DNA of 64,000 bases from Paraspadella gotoi. Its lineage: Eukaryota; Animalia; Chaetognatha. The notes under the pieces are model-generated. The model had not been told where the DNA came from and searched no databases. It worked only from the letters and a program-made list of their open reading frames with translations. Location of the stretch: NCBI GenBank assembly GCA_051294375.1, contig CM119271.1:1660063-1724062 (forward strand), read 5' to 3'. Made by a program: the position numbers and the translations under genes. Each line of letters begins with the position of its first letter. The stretch's first letter is position 1. This document shows positions 42,484 to 53,595 of this stretch, piece by piece.

Positions 42484-45400
42484 CTGAAATGGTTTTTAGG
42501 CGGATACGATGTTTAAATGTTAGTTTTGAATATTATTGTAATTCATACTTAATTTTAAATTCGCATTATTTAGGAAGTTGAAAATTGGTCCTTTTATATG
42601 TTTTATGGCAACGGCCGGGTCGCCTGTTATGCCCATTGGGATGGGGCATCTCACTGTTGGTTTTTTGGGGGCTTCCGACGCCTCCAGGTACTGGCGCGGT
42701 TACTCTTGGACGGTCTCGCTTTGTCAACTCAGAGGGAAGTCGTTAGGAGTGTGGATGGAACACAAAGCTTGGGATGGGTATGGTATGGTATGGTATATTT
42801 CCCCTCTGAGCCAATGGGATTGGCTGAACGATAATGGACGTGAATCGGTGTGAATATACCGCCACAGTATAACACTTTCTTTATAGGGAAAACAGGAACG
42901 CTGGGCTCGAATTAATCAGACTGTGAGAGAGTCTGGTTTGAAAGATTTGGTGAGTCATGCTAGGTTGTTATCTTGAAGGAGGGTCATGTTCAGTCCTGTT
43001 TTAATGAAATAGCGAACAAACTTGAACAACATTTACCCACCTATGGTTTTCTCATTCTCGTACGAAATCCACTGATCCCCTTTGTAGGCGTACATGATTT
43101 TTCTGTAAGGATCAAACACTTCCGTCCAATTGTCGAAACAAACTTCGTAGGAGGACAAAATTCCTTTGGATCGGGTAAAGTTTCCCGGCTTGTTGGGGCC
43201 TGTGTCATTTGTAAAGAAGAGTAAGATTAGAATGAGATTAGGATAAGTAAGAGTAGGATTAGGGGTTAAAGTTAAAAGCGAGGAATTTGGGTTAAGGGTT
43301 ATGAGTTTGTTAACAGATTCGGGTTAAATATTACGTTATAAACTAAGGAACGAAAATGGGGCACTTTTGAAAAAGAGAGCCAAAATATTTTTGAAAAAAC
43401 CCGATTGGATTCGTATCAAAGTAAATTCTATTTAATCTGTTATCATCGTATAGTTTATTAATTTATAATACGGATAAGTGGGGCTGAAGAGTGCTATTCG
43501 CAACTTCCATAACCCCCTCTGGCAGTCACGGAACGGGTCCTGGGCTTGGAACCAGGCTTGATGGTTTTATAGGATTCCATGACGGTTTAAGGCCGATCTC
43601 ACGCTTTCACCAATGTAGGTTCCATTGGGGATCGATCCCGGGACATAATGGTCATGAGCAGAGAGTATTACTCAATGAGGTTATATGCCTATAGGCGGGG
43701 TGAACATATTAATTGCGATTCCCGTCTCCAGCAATGAGCCTGGATACCTAAGACAGGCGCTCCCATTCCGTGTTGCGATGGATCGGCGAGAGTAAATCCC
43801 CGTCCATAGAACCCCATTCCGAATACCATCTTTGACGGAGGGAAACCTGTTGTGATTCAAAGAAATATTAAGTTTATTGATTAAAAATTATTTATATATG
43901 TATAGATTGTTAACATCGATAAGGTTAATTTACTAACTTCAATACTAAAAAAAATTATATCATTAAACATTTTAAAATTATTTGTTTTACTCTACTAAAC
44001 TAAGTTAGACTAAATTTGCAAATGAATGTAAAAGGTTTAACATATCTTATGAAATTGGTAAAACAAATATATAAGTAATAAGTTTAATTATTACCATATT
44101 ATTATTTAATAATGTATTGGAGAGAGTAATGATAGAGTTCTGGAAAGAGAGGGATGAAAATGAAAATTGGTTCATTTTTAATCAATTGTTCTCATCCTAC
44201 CTTGTTTAATATACCGCTGGACACACCAGTCCCCGTTTGTGGTCTCATTCATCCCTTTTCCCGGGTACAAATTCGTCTGTCCGTCCGTCTTTGCCTCCCA
44301 TCCGCTGTACAAGTCGTAGGCCATCAGGCTGATGAAATCGACATTTTTGGCCAAAGATTTGAGGTCGTAGTTTGCCCAACATCCGACGGCAACTGTCACC
44401 AGCAGACGCTCTTTGCCCGACTTGAGAGATTCGGCTTCAAACTCCTGATTTATAGGAGGGACAAAAAGTAAGTCGGATGGAGGCCTTATGACATAGCCTG
44501 TCCAAAGTCAGTGTGTGTCTCATTTTTATATCGGTTGCACCAATTTTGTAGCTAACAATAAAAGCAACAATCATTATAAATATAAATAAATGGATGAAAA
44601 AGTCTGAAAAAAACTTTTTTTTTAACTTCAATCTCTTTATTATTCTATTTAGTATGTTATAAGCATTTCAAGTTTTACATCAACCATGAAATACCCCATA
44701 ATCTTGAAGACATGTTCCATCCGCCTTTCCCACCTCTCACCGTCCTCAACTTCTCAACCAGTGTAGCCAGACGGTACTTGTCCTCTGGGAATTCCCAGTC
44801 GAGATCTAGTCCGTCAAAGTCGTAAGATCGAAGGAAGATGGCCGCGTTTTTGACGAATGCATCGAGAGTTCCTTCAGCGTCAAAAAGAGACTCGACTGTA
44901 TTTCCAACCATGAGGGATATACGGAGAGAGGCTCTCTTTTTTTTCAAGGCGGTTGTCCTTCGAAAGAGACCTGGAAAGATAATGAAATTTATAATTCAAG
45001 CCGTTCACTACTTGATTACAAGTAAAGTTTTTTTTGAATTTGTTAACCAATAATCAATTAATCATCTATTATTATTAGTATTAGTATTAGCCATTAATAA
45101 TGGAATCAGAAAAATGGTGGGAAAGTGACTTTTAAAGGAACGTTTAGGCTTTCCAGAACTTTACCCTCATTCTCATTCTGGCCGGCACCAATTTTTGGAA
45201 AAAAAAAATTGACTAAAAATGATTTTTTATCTATATTTATAACAAAATGAATTTGGTACAACCAATATAAAAATTATCTAATCATTTAATAAATAAGCTA
45301 TCTTGCCCCTAACTTTGGATGGGCTTTGGCGGTTTAAGGCCTCCATCACTCTTACAAGATAATGACATAGCAGGTCCCTGCAAGCTTTCAATCTAGACTC

Positions 45401-45849
45401 TCTCACAGTCTCCTTTATTCATTCCCACAGTACCTGGCTTCCTTTTCAATGAAGTGGTATAATATTTCAAAGAATGTTTCCAATTTATGAAGAACACTCT
45501 ACAATAATTTAGGAATACTAAATTAGACTTGTCACTTATTATCTCTGTTATTTAATGTTTTTATTGTTAGAAATATCATTAAATATCATTAAATATCATT
45601 AACTAAACTTTTTTTACCTTTTGCCCCAACATCACTCGGCTGGTCACCGGTCAACGTTCCATTACGAATGTCTCCAAGGACGTAAATGATGTGACTGCAG
45701 AGATGAACGTCGACATCCTCAGGGAGAAGTTGGGCGTCAGTGGTGGCGACATGGAGGTCATTGGTGAAGTAGCAGACCATTTTGAGAGTGGAGGCCTCAA
45801 GGCCCGGCCACAATAAGGCCAGGAAGAGGGTCAGAATAGGTATAAACAT
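42275..45849 (-). CDS. Secreted GH18 chitinase-family protein, paralog B, 6 exons, 390 aa, no chitin-binding domain
   Basis: Exons (minus) 45849-45618, 44970-44741, 44444-44201, 43846-43748, 43199-43041, 42483-42275; 1173 nt, same intron positions and phases as paralog A. Signal peptide [19 protein letters not shown]; motifs [40 protein letters not shown]. Confidence 0.94.
43041..43199 (-). CDS. GH18 paralog B exon 5
   Basis: [21 protein letters not shown]...[17 protein letters not shown]; 159 nt. Confidence 0.9.
   Translation of the reverse strand, partial: APTSRETLPDPKEFCPPTKFVSTIGRKCLILTEKSCTPTKGISGFRTRMRKP
43225..43380 (+). mobile_element. Family R2 partial copy in chitinase B intron 4
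   Basis: TTAGGN periodic core ending GAAAATGGGGCACTTTTGAAAAAGAGAGCC. Confidence 0.55.
43490..43690 (-). mobile_element. Diverged tRNA-derived SINE in chitinase B intron 4
   Basis: B-box-like GGATCGATCCCC; shares AATACTC and TGGTnAAAGnGTGA..TCGGC..TAAAC with the 30276 SINE. Confidence 0.4.
43748..43846 (-). CDS. GH18 paralog B exon 4
   Basis: [33 protein letters not shown]; 99 nt. Confidence 0.9.
   Translation of the reverse strand, partial: VSLRQRWYSEWGSMDGDLLSPIHRNTEWERLS
44201..44444 (-). CDS. GH18 paralog B exon 3
   Basis: [44 protein letters not shown]...YIKQ G|GTAGGA. Confidence 0.92.
44741..44970 (-). CDS. GH18 paralog B exon 2 (catalytic motif)
   Basis: CCAG|GT CTC TTT...[13 protein letters not shown]...ACG|GTGAGA. 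Confidence 0.92.
45248..45495 (-). mobile_element. Repeat family R1 copy in chitinase B intron 1
   Basis: Reverse complement of 16400-16645 at high similarity. Confidence 0.8.
45618..45849 (-). CDS. GH18 paralog B exon 1
   Basis: ATG 45849; signal peptide; KMVCYFTN...LCSHIIY; donor G|GTAAAA. Confidence 0.9.
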
Positions 45850-46302
45850 TGTTTGATTCTGTTGAATTGTTATTTTGTAGAATTGCAAATTAATTTGAAG
45901 TTTGTAAAACAATTTTATACCGACTAAAAATTTGATACATATCCTAAAAAGATTTTACTAAAATACGTATGTGTACGAAATAATCGTGGCGATTATATAA
46001 CATTCTCGGAATTATCATTAAACCCCCAAAAAATCTCTTAAAATTGGAAAATAAAATAAAATTAAAAGAAAACCGAATCATAAGATATGAAAAATAAACT
46101 CAACTGCTAATTAGATTCAATCACTCGGTCTCATTTGAAAAAGCCAAAAGTTTCTCTGCTACAACACGATGTGACTTCTCGTGAACAGAAAATCAAATTT
46201 CAAAAGAAAGAAAGGCGGAGAAAAAAAAAGATGATATAATACATAATTTTGCAACAAAAAAATTAAGTTTCTTGACCACTGTCAAGAAAGATTTTACAAA
46301 AA

Positions 46303-46529
46303 TCAGAGAACAATAAGCGAATTTCGATTCTGAGTCATGAGACGCCACAGAAGTTTGTTTACACCGTCAGCATCATTGCTTTTGCGGTCATTGCTAAAGA
46401 CTTTGTCGATGGCCTTGAGCAGCGGATATTTTCCTTTGCCACAAAATTCTCCGCGAAAATCGTCGAAGTCAAGTCTCCAGATCATTCCGCCCGCCAGGCC
46501 TTTGTCGATGATAAACTGGGCTTTTATAC
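46303..46529 (-). CDS. GH18 paralog A exon 6
   Basis: [40 protein letters not shown]...NSLIVL*. Confidence 0.92.
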
Positions 46530-48829
46530 CTAAAACGGGAATTAACATAATTAACAGAAACCGATTTTGGCTATATCAATAATTTCCCTCATTCCTAAAG
46601 CGCCCAATATTCTTTCCTCAATTCTAGACTTAATTTTAACTTCTAACCCATGTCCCTAACCCTAACGAATAATCCCTAACTTAGTCCCCGACCTAATCCC
46701 TAACTCTAACCATTATTTAACCTTTAAACCTAAAAACTATTATAATATTAATTCTGAATCTAGGTAGAAATTGAACGCTTTTAAAAAATAGAGTTCCTCA
46801 TTCCTCACCAATGGTTTTCTCATTCTCAAATGAAATCCACTGATCTCCTTTGTAGGCGTACATCACTTTTCTGTTGGGGGCAAATTCTTCTGTCCAGTTA
46901 TTGTAACAGGTCTCGTAAAAGGCCATGATCCCTTTAGCTCTTGTGAATTTGGCTGGTTTGTTGGGGCCTGTCCCATTAAAAGGTTGTATGGTGAGAAAAT
47001 TGGTTGCTCTTTATATCAGAGAAAATAATTTTATTCATATTATAAAATTTTAGATTAATTTTTGTATGCGTGATATTATAATTATATAGAAGTTTATTTA
47101 CCCTTGGCCGGTGCGCCCATCCCGTGTTGTGATGCATTGACAAGAGTAAATCCGCGTCCGTATGTCCCCATTCCAAATACCATTTTTGAGGGAGGAAAAC
47201 CTGTACAGTGATTCAACTTAGTGATAATTTTATATGAATAGGTAACAATAGTCACGATTCAATACAAATCTGTTTAAAAGTATTAACAATGCTCTATTTG
47301 CCACCTCTTTTGATAAAGCTTTCCACGCACAAGTTGCCATTGGGATACAAATTTGTCTGTCCGTCCGTTTTCTTTTCCCATGCACCATGAAAGTCATAAG
47401 CCATGAGGCTGATAAAGTCAAAGTTCTTGGCCAGGGATTTTAGGTCGTAGGTAGCGTAGCAACCGACGGCCGAGGTTAGGAGCAGACGCTCTTTGCCTGA
47501 TTTCTTAGATTCCGCCTCAAACGCCTGTTATTAAAATAAAGCATTGAAGTAGTAAAAAACTAGTGATATACGTTATGATAAAAAAACTAAGTTGTTTGGG
47601 AGGTACTAAAGATTGTAAGAGAATCTAGGTTAGTTGCTAGTAATATCTTTTACATATATATATATTTTTTTATTTCTTACAGACTTATGAAATAGGTATA
47701 ATGAATATAAAATTAGTCATTAAGTCAACAAATAAGCTATCTTGTTCCCTGAATCATGACCTCCATCTCCCTCTTACTAAATTTAACATATAATAACATA
47801 GCAAACTTTCAATCAAGACTCTCTTAGTCTAGTTTATTCACTCCTAGAGTATCTGGCTTCCCTAATAATGAAGTTGCATATATGTGACATTATAATAATT
47901 ACTAAAGAGTATTCATAAATCCTTATATTATCAATAAAAACGGATTTCGTGAAGTTGTCACCCCTCCCCTTAAAATCCGACCTCACCTCTCTCAACTTCT
48001 CCACCAAAACGGCGAATTGAAACTCGTACTGAGTCTGAGGGAATTCCCAGTCCAGATCAAGTCCGTCGAAGTCGTATGATCGAAGGAACCGGACGGCGTC
48101 GTCGACGAACGCATCGAGGGTGGCCAGGGACGGGAAGAGGGACTCGAATCCTCCGGCGATCATCACGGAGACACGGAGAGACGGGTTGAGCCGCTTCAAG
48201 GCCGTCGTCCGTCGGAAGAGTCCTTTTCGGGAATGGCGGAGTTGTTTAATCAATCAATTGATCAATCAATCAGTCAATCAAAATGTCAGTAAATCAGAAA
48301 ACGTGATAAACATTGATCGATTAGAATAAATCATCAAATAAGTAATTTGAAAAATAAATAAATAACCAAATAATAATTACTTTATCAATAAAATATTGAT
48401 TGATCAATTAGTCATTATTTAATCTAATCAACAAACTTATTTGAGTAAAAATCAAAGAGTTTATAGTAGCAGTGACCAACGAGTGAAATTCAATCTTTTT
48501 TTGGGGGGAAATTAATATATGAATGATTAAAATATATTAGTATATAAGTATATATATATATATATATTAGTAAATAAAGCCTCACCCGTTGGACCCAAAT
48601 CGCTTGAATGTTCGGAGGTGAGTCGCCCGTCGCGAATCACGGCGGCGACGGCAAAGACGTGAGTGCAAAGGTGAGGATCGACGCCTTCCGGCAAAAGTTT
48701 GGCCTCGTGGGTCGTGACATTTTCGTCGTTGGTCAAATAACAGACGAGTTTGAGAGGAGAGGGGGAGAGAGACGAGGAGAAGTGGGGGAGGAAGAGGGAG
48801 AAGAGGAGGAGGAAGAGGTTGACCGACAT
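46303..48829 (-). CDS. Secreted GH18 chitinase-family protein, paralog A, 6 exons, 394 aa, no chitin-binding domain
   Basis: Exons (minus) 48829-48586, 48222-47987, 47524-47305, 47200-47102, 46967-46809, 46529-46303; phases consistent, 1185 nt. Signal peptide MSVNLFLLLFSLFLPHFSSS; motifs [23 protein letters not shown] (DxxDxDxE intact), MAYDFHGAW, YGRGFTL, GGMIWRLDFDDF. Confidence 0.94.
46597..46793 (-). mobile_element. Family R2 copy in chitinase A intron 5
   Basis: AAGCGCCCAATATT...CCCTAACCCTAAC...GAAATTGAACGCTTTTAAAAAATAGAG. Confidence 0.55.
46809..46967 (-). CDS. GH18 paralog A exon 5 (chitinase insertion domain)
   Basis: GPNKPAKFTRAKGIMAFYETC...[17 protein letters not shown]; 159 nt. 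Confidence 0.9.
47102..47200 (-). CDS. GH18 paralog A exon 4
   Basis: [33 protein letters not shown]; 99 nt, same as paralog B. Confidence 0.9.
47305..47524 (-). CDS. GH18 paralog A exon 3
   Basis: CAG|[49 protein letters not shown]...FIKR; weak donor GTGGCA at the position homologous to paralog B. Confidence 0.88.
47690..47880 (-). mobile_element. Repeat family R1, degenerate copy in chitinase A intron 2
   Basis: AAATAAGCTATCTTG..CCCTGA, CTTTCAATCAAGACTCTC, CTGGCTTCCCTA..AATGAAGT. Confidence 0.6.
47987..48222 (-). CDS. GH18 paralog A exon 2 (catalytic motif)
   Basis: AAG|GA CTC TTC...[11 protein letters not shown]...GAG|GTGAG. Confidence 0.92.
48586..48829 (-). CDS. GH18 paralog A exon 1
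   Basis: ATG 48829, signal peptide, KLVCYLTN...LCTHV; donor G|GTGAG. Confidence 0.9.
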
Positions 48830-49552
48830 TTTTTTTGTTGCTGTGAAAAACGTGAATAGTTTTAAAATAGATTTATAACTTTTTAGACGTGGTGATCGTT
48901 GAAATAGAAGTTGACATAAACTCAAAATAAAAGTTGAAAAAAATTTAAATTTAAATTTTTCAAACAATTATTTTCGTCTAATGTTATCGATTAGAAGAAC
49001 AAGTATATCTGTATAATAAAAAAGGAAAAATGTAGTGTATCGAAGTAAATGATTTTACAATGGTCAATAATTTTTTCCGAGATTTACATATTTTTTTCTC
49101 TCCAAAAAACCAACTTTAGTTCCCATCAGCGAGTCTCATGACCAGCATTAACAGTTCGACGACAGTTACGAAACCAGTTTTTCCTGTTTTTTCTTTCTGA
49201 TTTCGAAGATATAAAACAGAATCAAATTAAAGTTTTCATTAAAGTTTTGAAAGACAAAGTACAAGGAAATATCGGAATGCCAGCCAAAACAAATATATGT
49301 ATTATGTATTATGACCTTGAATTAAAACACTGATCCGAGTAATTAAGGTTTGTATTGAATTTTACAGACATTCTTTTACTAAAAAAAAGAATTAACTTAT
49401 TTATGAGCTTCCATTGTTTTTTTTATTGATGAAAATATAAATATTTGTTAATTATTTATAATTTAAAACAAATACTTCCTCTGTTATGAATCAATTATGA
49501 TTAAAGATCAGTTTGGAGGTTCAGTTATATATAGTTCAATGAGGGGAACACA

Positions 49553-49625
<73 letters not shown>

Positions 49626-50504
49626 ACCCGCAGAATTTTGAAAATCTGATAAAGTTTTAAAGGAATGAAATTAAAACAAAATCTGGATTAAGGGAAGCAA
49701 AAATATACAAAATACTTGCAAATCCCCTTTCATACGAACTAAGCGTGTGAGACCATTTCCCATTGTTCAAAGTGACGTTTTCCTGATTCTACTACAAATC
49801 AACTCATGGTACGTATGATAGTTTCTCATCCGTTAGATGGCGCGACGAGAAAAGCAAAGCCCCGATTCCCCTCCCCTAAAAAATTTCCCCCGTATCCCCC
49901 TTCCCTTTTCTCTCTGTCCATCGATCCGTCCGTCCCGAGTTTTTCCTCTGCTTTTTCCTGTTTACTTCTACTTTTGTTATTTCGAGTTTCGACGTCGTCG
50001 TTGTCGTCGTTGTAGTCCGATATCGACACCTGCTGACTACAGTTTTTGTTGTTGTTGTTGTCGTCGACGTCGTCATGGCAACGAAAGGTTTCGTTTCATC
50101 GATTGAACTCGAGTTTTCCGACTTGAAATTCGACAAAAATATTTCCGCACGCTCTGTTATCTTTAGACTTGTAAGAGAGAGAAGAGAGAGAAGAGAGAGA
50201 GAGAAGAGAGAGAGAAAGAGAGAAAGAGAGAGAGAGAAAGAGAGAGAGAGATGAAGAGATGAAGATGTTGTGGTGTGGTGTGAAAAGAGATTAGTTGTCG
50301 TGAAAAGAAAACAAATGTGAAACTTTTCTCCCCTCATCAGAAAGATGCCTCCCTTATCCTCCCCTCTCTTATTGTTTTTACTTTTCCCTTTCTCTAAGTT
50401 AATTAAAGCCTTTTTTCCTTTTAAGTTTAATAACTTTTCTCGGTTTCTTAATGTACTCTAACATTTTTCTTTTTTATCCTTTTTTATGCGTTCACTCGTT
50501 TTCG

Positions 50505-50730
50505 TTTTGCCCCTGACTTCGAAAAGACTGTGATAGGTCAAGGCGTCTTGTGACTTCATTAATAAAAAAGTCAAGCAATTTCGGATTTATTAAAATAGAC
50601 TGAGCGAGATTCTCGATTGAAAGCTTGCAGAGCAGCTTGCTTGCAGAGTCTCGCTATGTTATTATCTCGTAAGAGAAATGGAGGACGTAAGCCACCATAG
50701 CCTGTCTACAGTCAGAACACAAGATAGCTT
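50505..50730 (+). mobile_element. Repeat family R1, degenerate copy (with short inverted piece at 5')
   Basis: GATTGAAAGCTTGCAG...GCCTGTCTACAGTCAG...CAAGATAGCTT. Confidence 0.55.
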
Positions 50731-51782
50731 GCACACATTTCATAGAGAGCATAAAATACCTCGTTCCTCTCCATGATCCACCCATTAAAGTTCATTCTTT
50801 TATCACACTCCGACTTCTCCCATTTTCCTTTCCTCGATCCATCACTCCGAATCACCCCACTCTCCCGCCCCCCCCAATCGATCTCCCCACCCCCCTCTGC
50901 GCGTAGTCTGTGGTCTCGACTCAAAAGTTTTCAAAACATCGAAGAAGTTTAATTCGCCGAGGCGCCGTTCCGGGCGAGCCACTCGGCGCCGATCCGTGGG
51001 GGTGTTCAAGGGGATGCAGGGGTGCTGATCTTTGGAGAATGTCAAGGGGTGCAGAGGCGACCGTCTTCGGGGGCGATTCGTCAGGGGTACAGTTAAGGGG
51101 TGCAGGGTGAGACTCGTTGCGTCACGAAGGCGCCGAGTCTGGGGGTGTTAATGGGTGTGTTAAGGGGTGTGTTAAGGGGTGGGCCTCACGGGTGTTCACA
51201 TGGGGTGATAACAGTAAGCGCGAAAGTTTGAACTATCAAGAGTGAGAGGGGGGTCCTTTAACTCTTGTTATCTGGTCTATCTATCTCTTGAAGGTCTATC
51301 TTTGGACTTGCACATTGAACTGTGCAGTCAGTGTACACTGAACAGTGAACACCTAACAGAATTTAGGAAACCTTTAAGTCTCATCGGCCATAAAAATGAA
51401 GTTAACCGACTCCATAGTTTATTAGCATGGCTCTCGCCCATTTGATGCTCGAATGACAGATAATTCTACTAATAATAATTCCAATTTCAAATTGACTTTT
51501 TTAGCTCATTAAAGTAACCCTCTCTTCTTCTCGACTTACCCTTCTATCTTTCTCTGTGTATCCTTCCCAATTCTCTCCTCTTACTTTCCTCCCTCACCTT
51601 CTTTCACTCCCTCTCCCCCCCCTATCACGACCCCAATAAATGTGAAGAGTCACTCCAACCCAATCATCAACAAAGAAAAAAGAAAAGAGACGATAATTTT
51701 TTTCTTTCTTTCTTTCTTCTTCTCTTCGCGGTTATTTTTTTCTTGTATTTATTCTTAGGCGAGGAACATAAATCTTCTAGAG

Positions 51783-51860
<78 letters not shown>

Positions 51861-52598
51861 GAAATTGACGTACATAGAACATGATAGGAAGAAAGAGAAA
51901 GCGACAATGATACTTTACTGCCTGCCTGTTTATACGTCAATGCAGTCTGTCTGTTTTCTGTTTGCTTGTCTGTCTGTCTCTTCATTTGTCTTCCTGTACT
52001 TGATAACAACGGGGATTCTTCTTAATTTTGAATGGAGATGGCTTATTTAGGATTCTGATATATTTTTTTTTACTATTTTACCTTTTGTGATGTAATATCT
52101 TTGACAAACTTGAACAAAACTAAATTTTAATTGTTTTACTTCTTTTCTTGCATTTATATTATCAAATAAGATAAGTCACTAAATTAACCGATTTTAACCG
52201 TTAACGGTTAAAAAAGTTGATTTTTAACGGTTATCCGACGATGTAAAAAAATTATCGGTTAAGGAAGGAAACTCTATTCAGAACCCAGATGAATTTGATT
52301 ATATTTTTATACCTTCCAACGTAGAATAACGGGAATATTGTAAATATTAAATTTCATGTATTGTAAATATTAAGTTTCATGTATTGTAAATATTAACGAC
52401 GATCCATTTATTATCATCCAAAAAAACAAGATCACAAACTCAAAACAAGCCAAAAAAATAGTAAAACATAAACAAACTTTGGACGGAGACGTAAAAAAAG
52501 GGAGAGACGAACATTTTGACGAAATGATTATCTCTCTCCTGTCTGTGATCCGATCCAGGGAAAACAAAATGGAGATGGAGTGGGAGAGAGAGAGAGAG

Positions 52599-52640
<42 letters not shown>

Positions 52641-52779
52641 GGTGCCCAGGAAATGATAAACGGACTTTTCCAAAGTGAATCGACTCCAAGAAAATCCAGT
52701 TATCTTTTTGGTTGTTGTTTTTATTAAAAACTTATTTTTTTCTCTCTTTGAAATAATAACTTGGTAGGAGAGAGAAGGC

Positions 52780-52810
<31 letters not shown>

Positions 52811-52833
52811 TATTTGTTATCTTTCTAATCATA

Positions 52834-53061
52834 CAGTGTGTCCCAATGGTACTGTCTGTTATAAAAAGCTTACTGCTTCTCTACCAGATCGAAAAACTTA
52901 ATTTATTATAATGAATATGCGCACAAGTATGGACCATTTCATAGGATACCTAAATTTTCAAAATTGAACATTGTTGACATTGTTATCTCAAAAATAAGAT
53001 TTAATAACACAGTTCCACACAATATGTAAAAGTTAACCGACAGTACCATTGGGACACACTG
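52834..53061. mobile_element. 228-bp Tc1/mariner-type MITE
   Basis: Perfect 23-bp TIR CAGTGTGTCCCAATGGTACTGTC / GACAGTACCATTGGGACACACTG (28 bp with one mismatch); TA on the left, TC on the right. Confidence 0.85.
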
Positions 53062-53314
53062 TCAAATAAAATAAAATAATATAAAAATAAAATTCAATCC
53101 CCCAAACCAAAAAAATATACCGAGTCCCTGAGGCCGAGTATCAGATCTCATCGCGTGAAGTGAAATCTTTCACCTAAGTATCGAATTTTCCAATACCGCG
53201 CGCACCTGAAGACGAGTCACTCATACCCAACGCGATTTTTCACACCTTGTGTATCGACGAGGGGCATTTCATCCCCGCGCGCGATGTATCCAGTTGCGAG
53301 ATGATGCCTTCAAA

Positions 53315-53595
53315 CGCCTTATTTTCTTGAAACGCCCCATTTTATCTTAAATTCACAATCAAGTTAGATTTTAGGTTTAATTATGAGGTTTGAGGTTAGG
53401 GTTAGGAATTAAGGTATTGATAGACTTAAGGGTTAGGGTTAGGGACTAGGGTTTATGGGAAGGGGCGAGAGTTTAAGAATTGAGATTAGGGTTTAGAATT
53501 ACGTTTAAGGATTAGTTTAGGTTATGAGTTAGTAATAGACTAGAATTGAATATTAGAATTTAGTACAAGGATTAAAGAATAGAAGTAGGGCGCTT
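53315..53595 (+). mobile_element. Family R2 copy
   Basis: AAACGCCCCATTTTATCTTAAATTC...GGTTAGGGTTAGGG...GAAGTAGGGCGCTT. Confidence 0.6.

Noticed and set aside
42194-46582. Plus-strand ORFs overlapping chitinase exons
   Set aside because: Antisense shadows of the real minus-strand exons.
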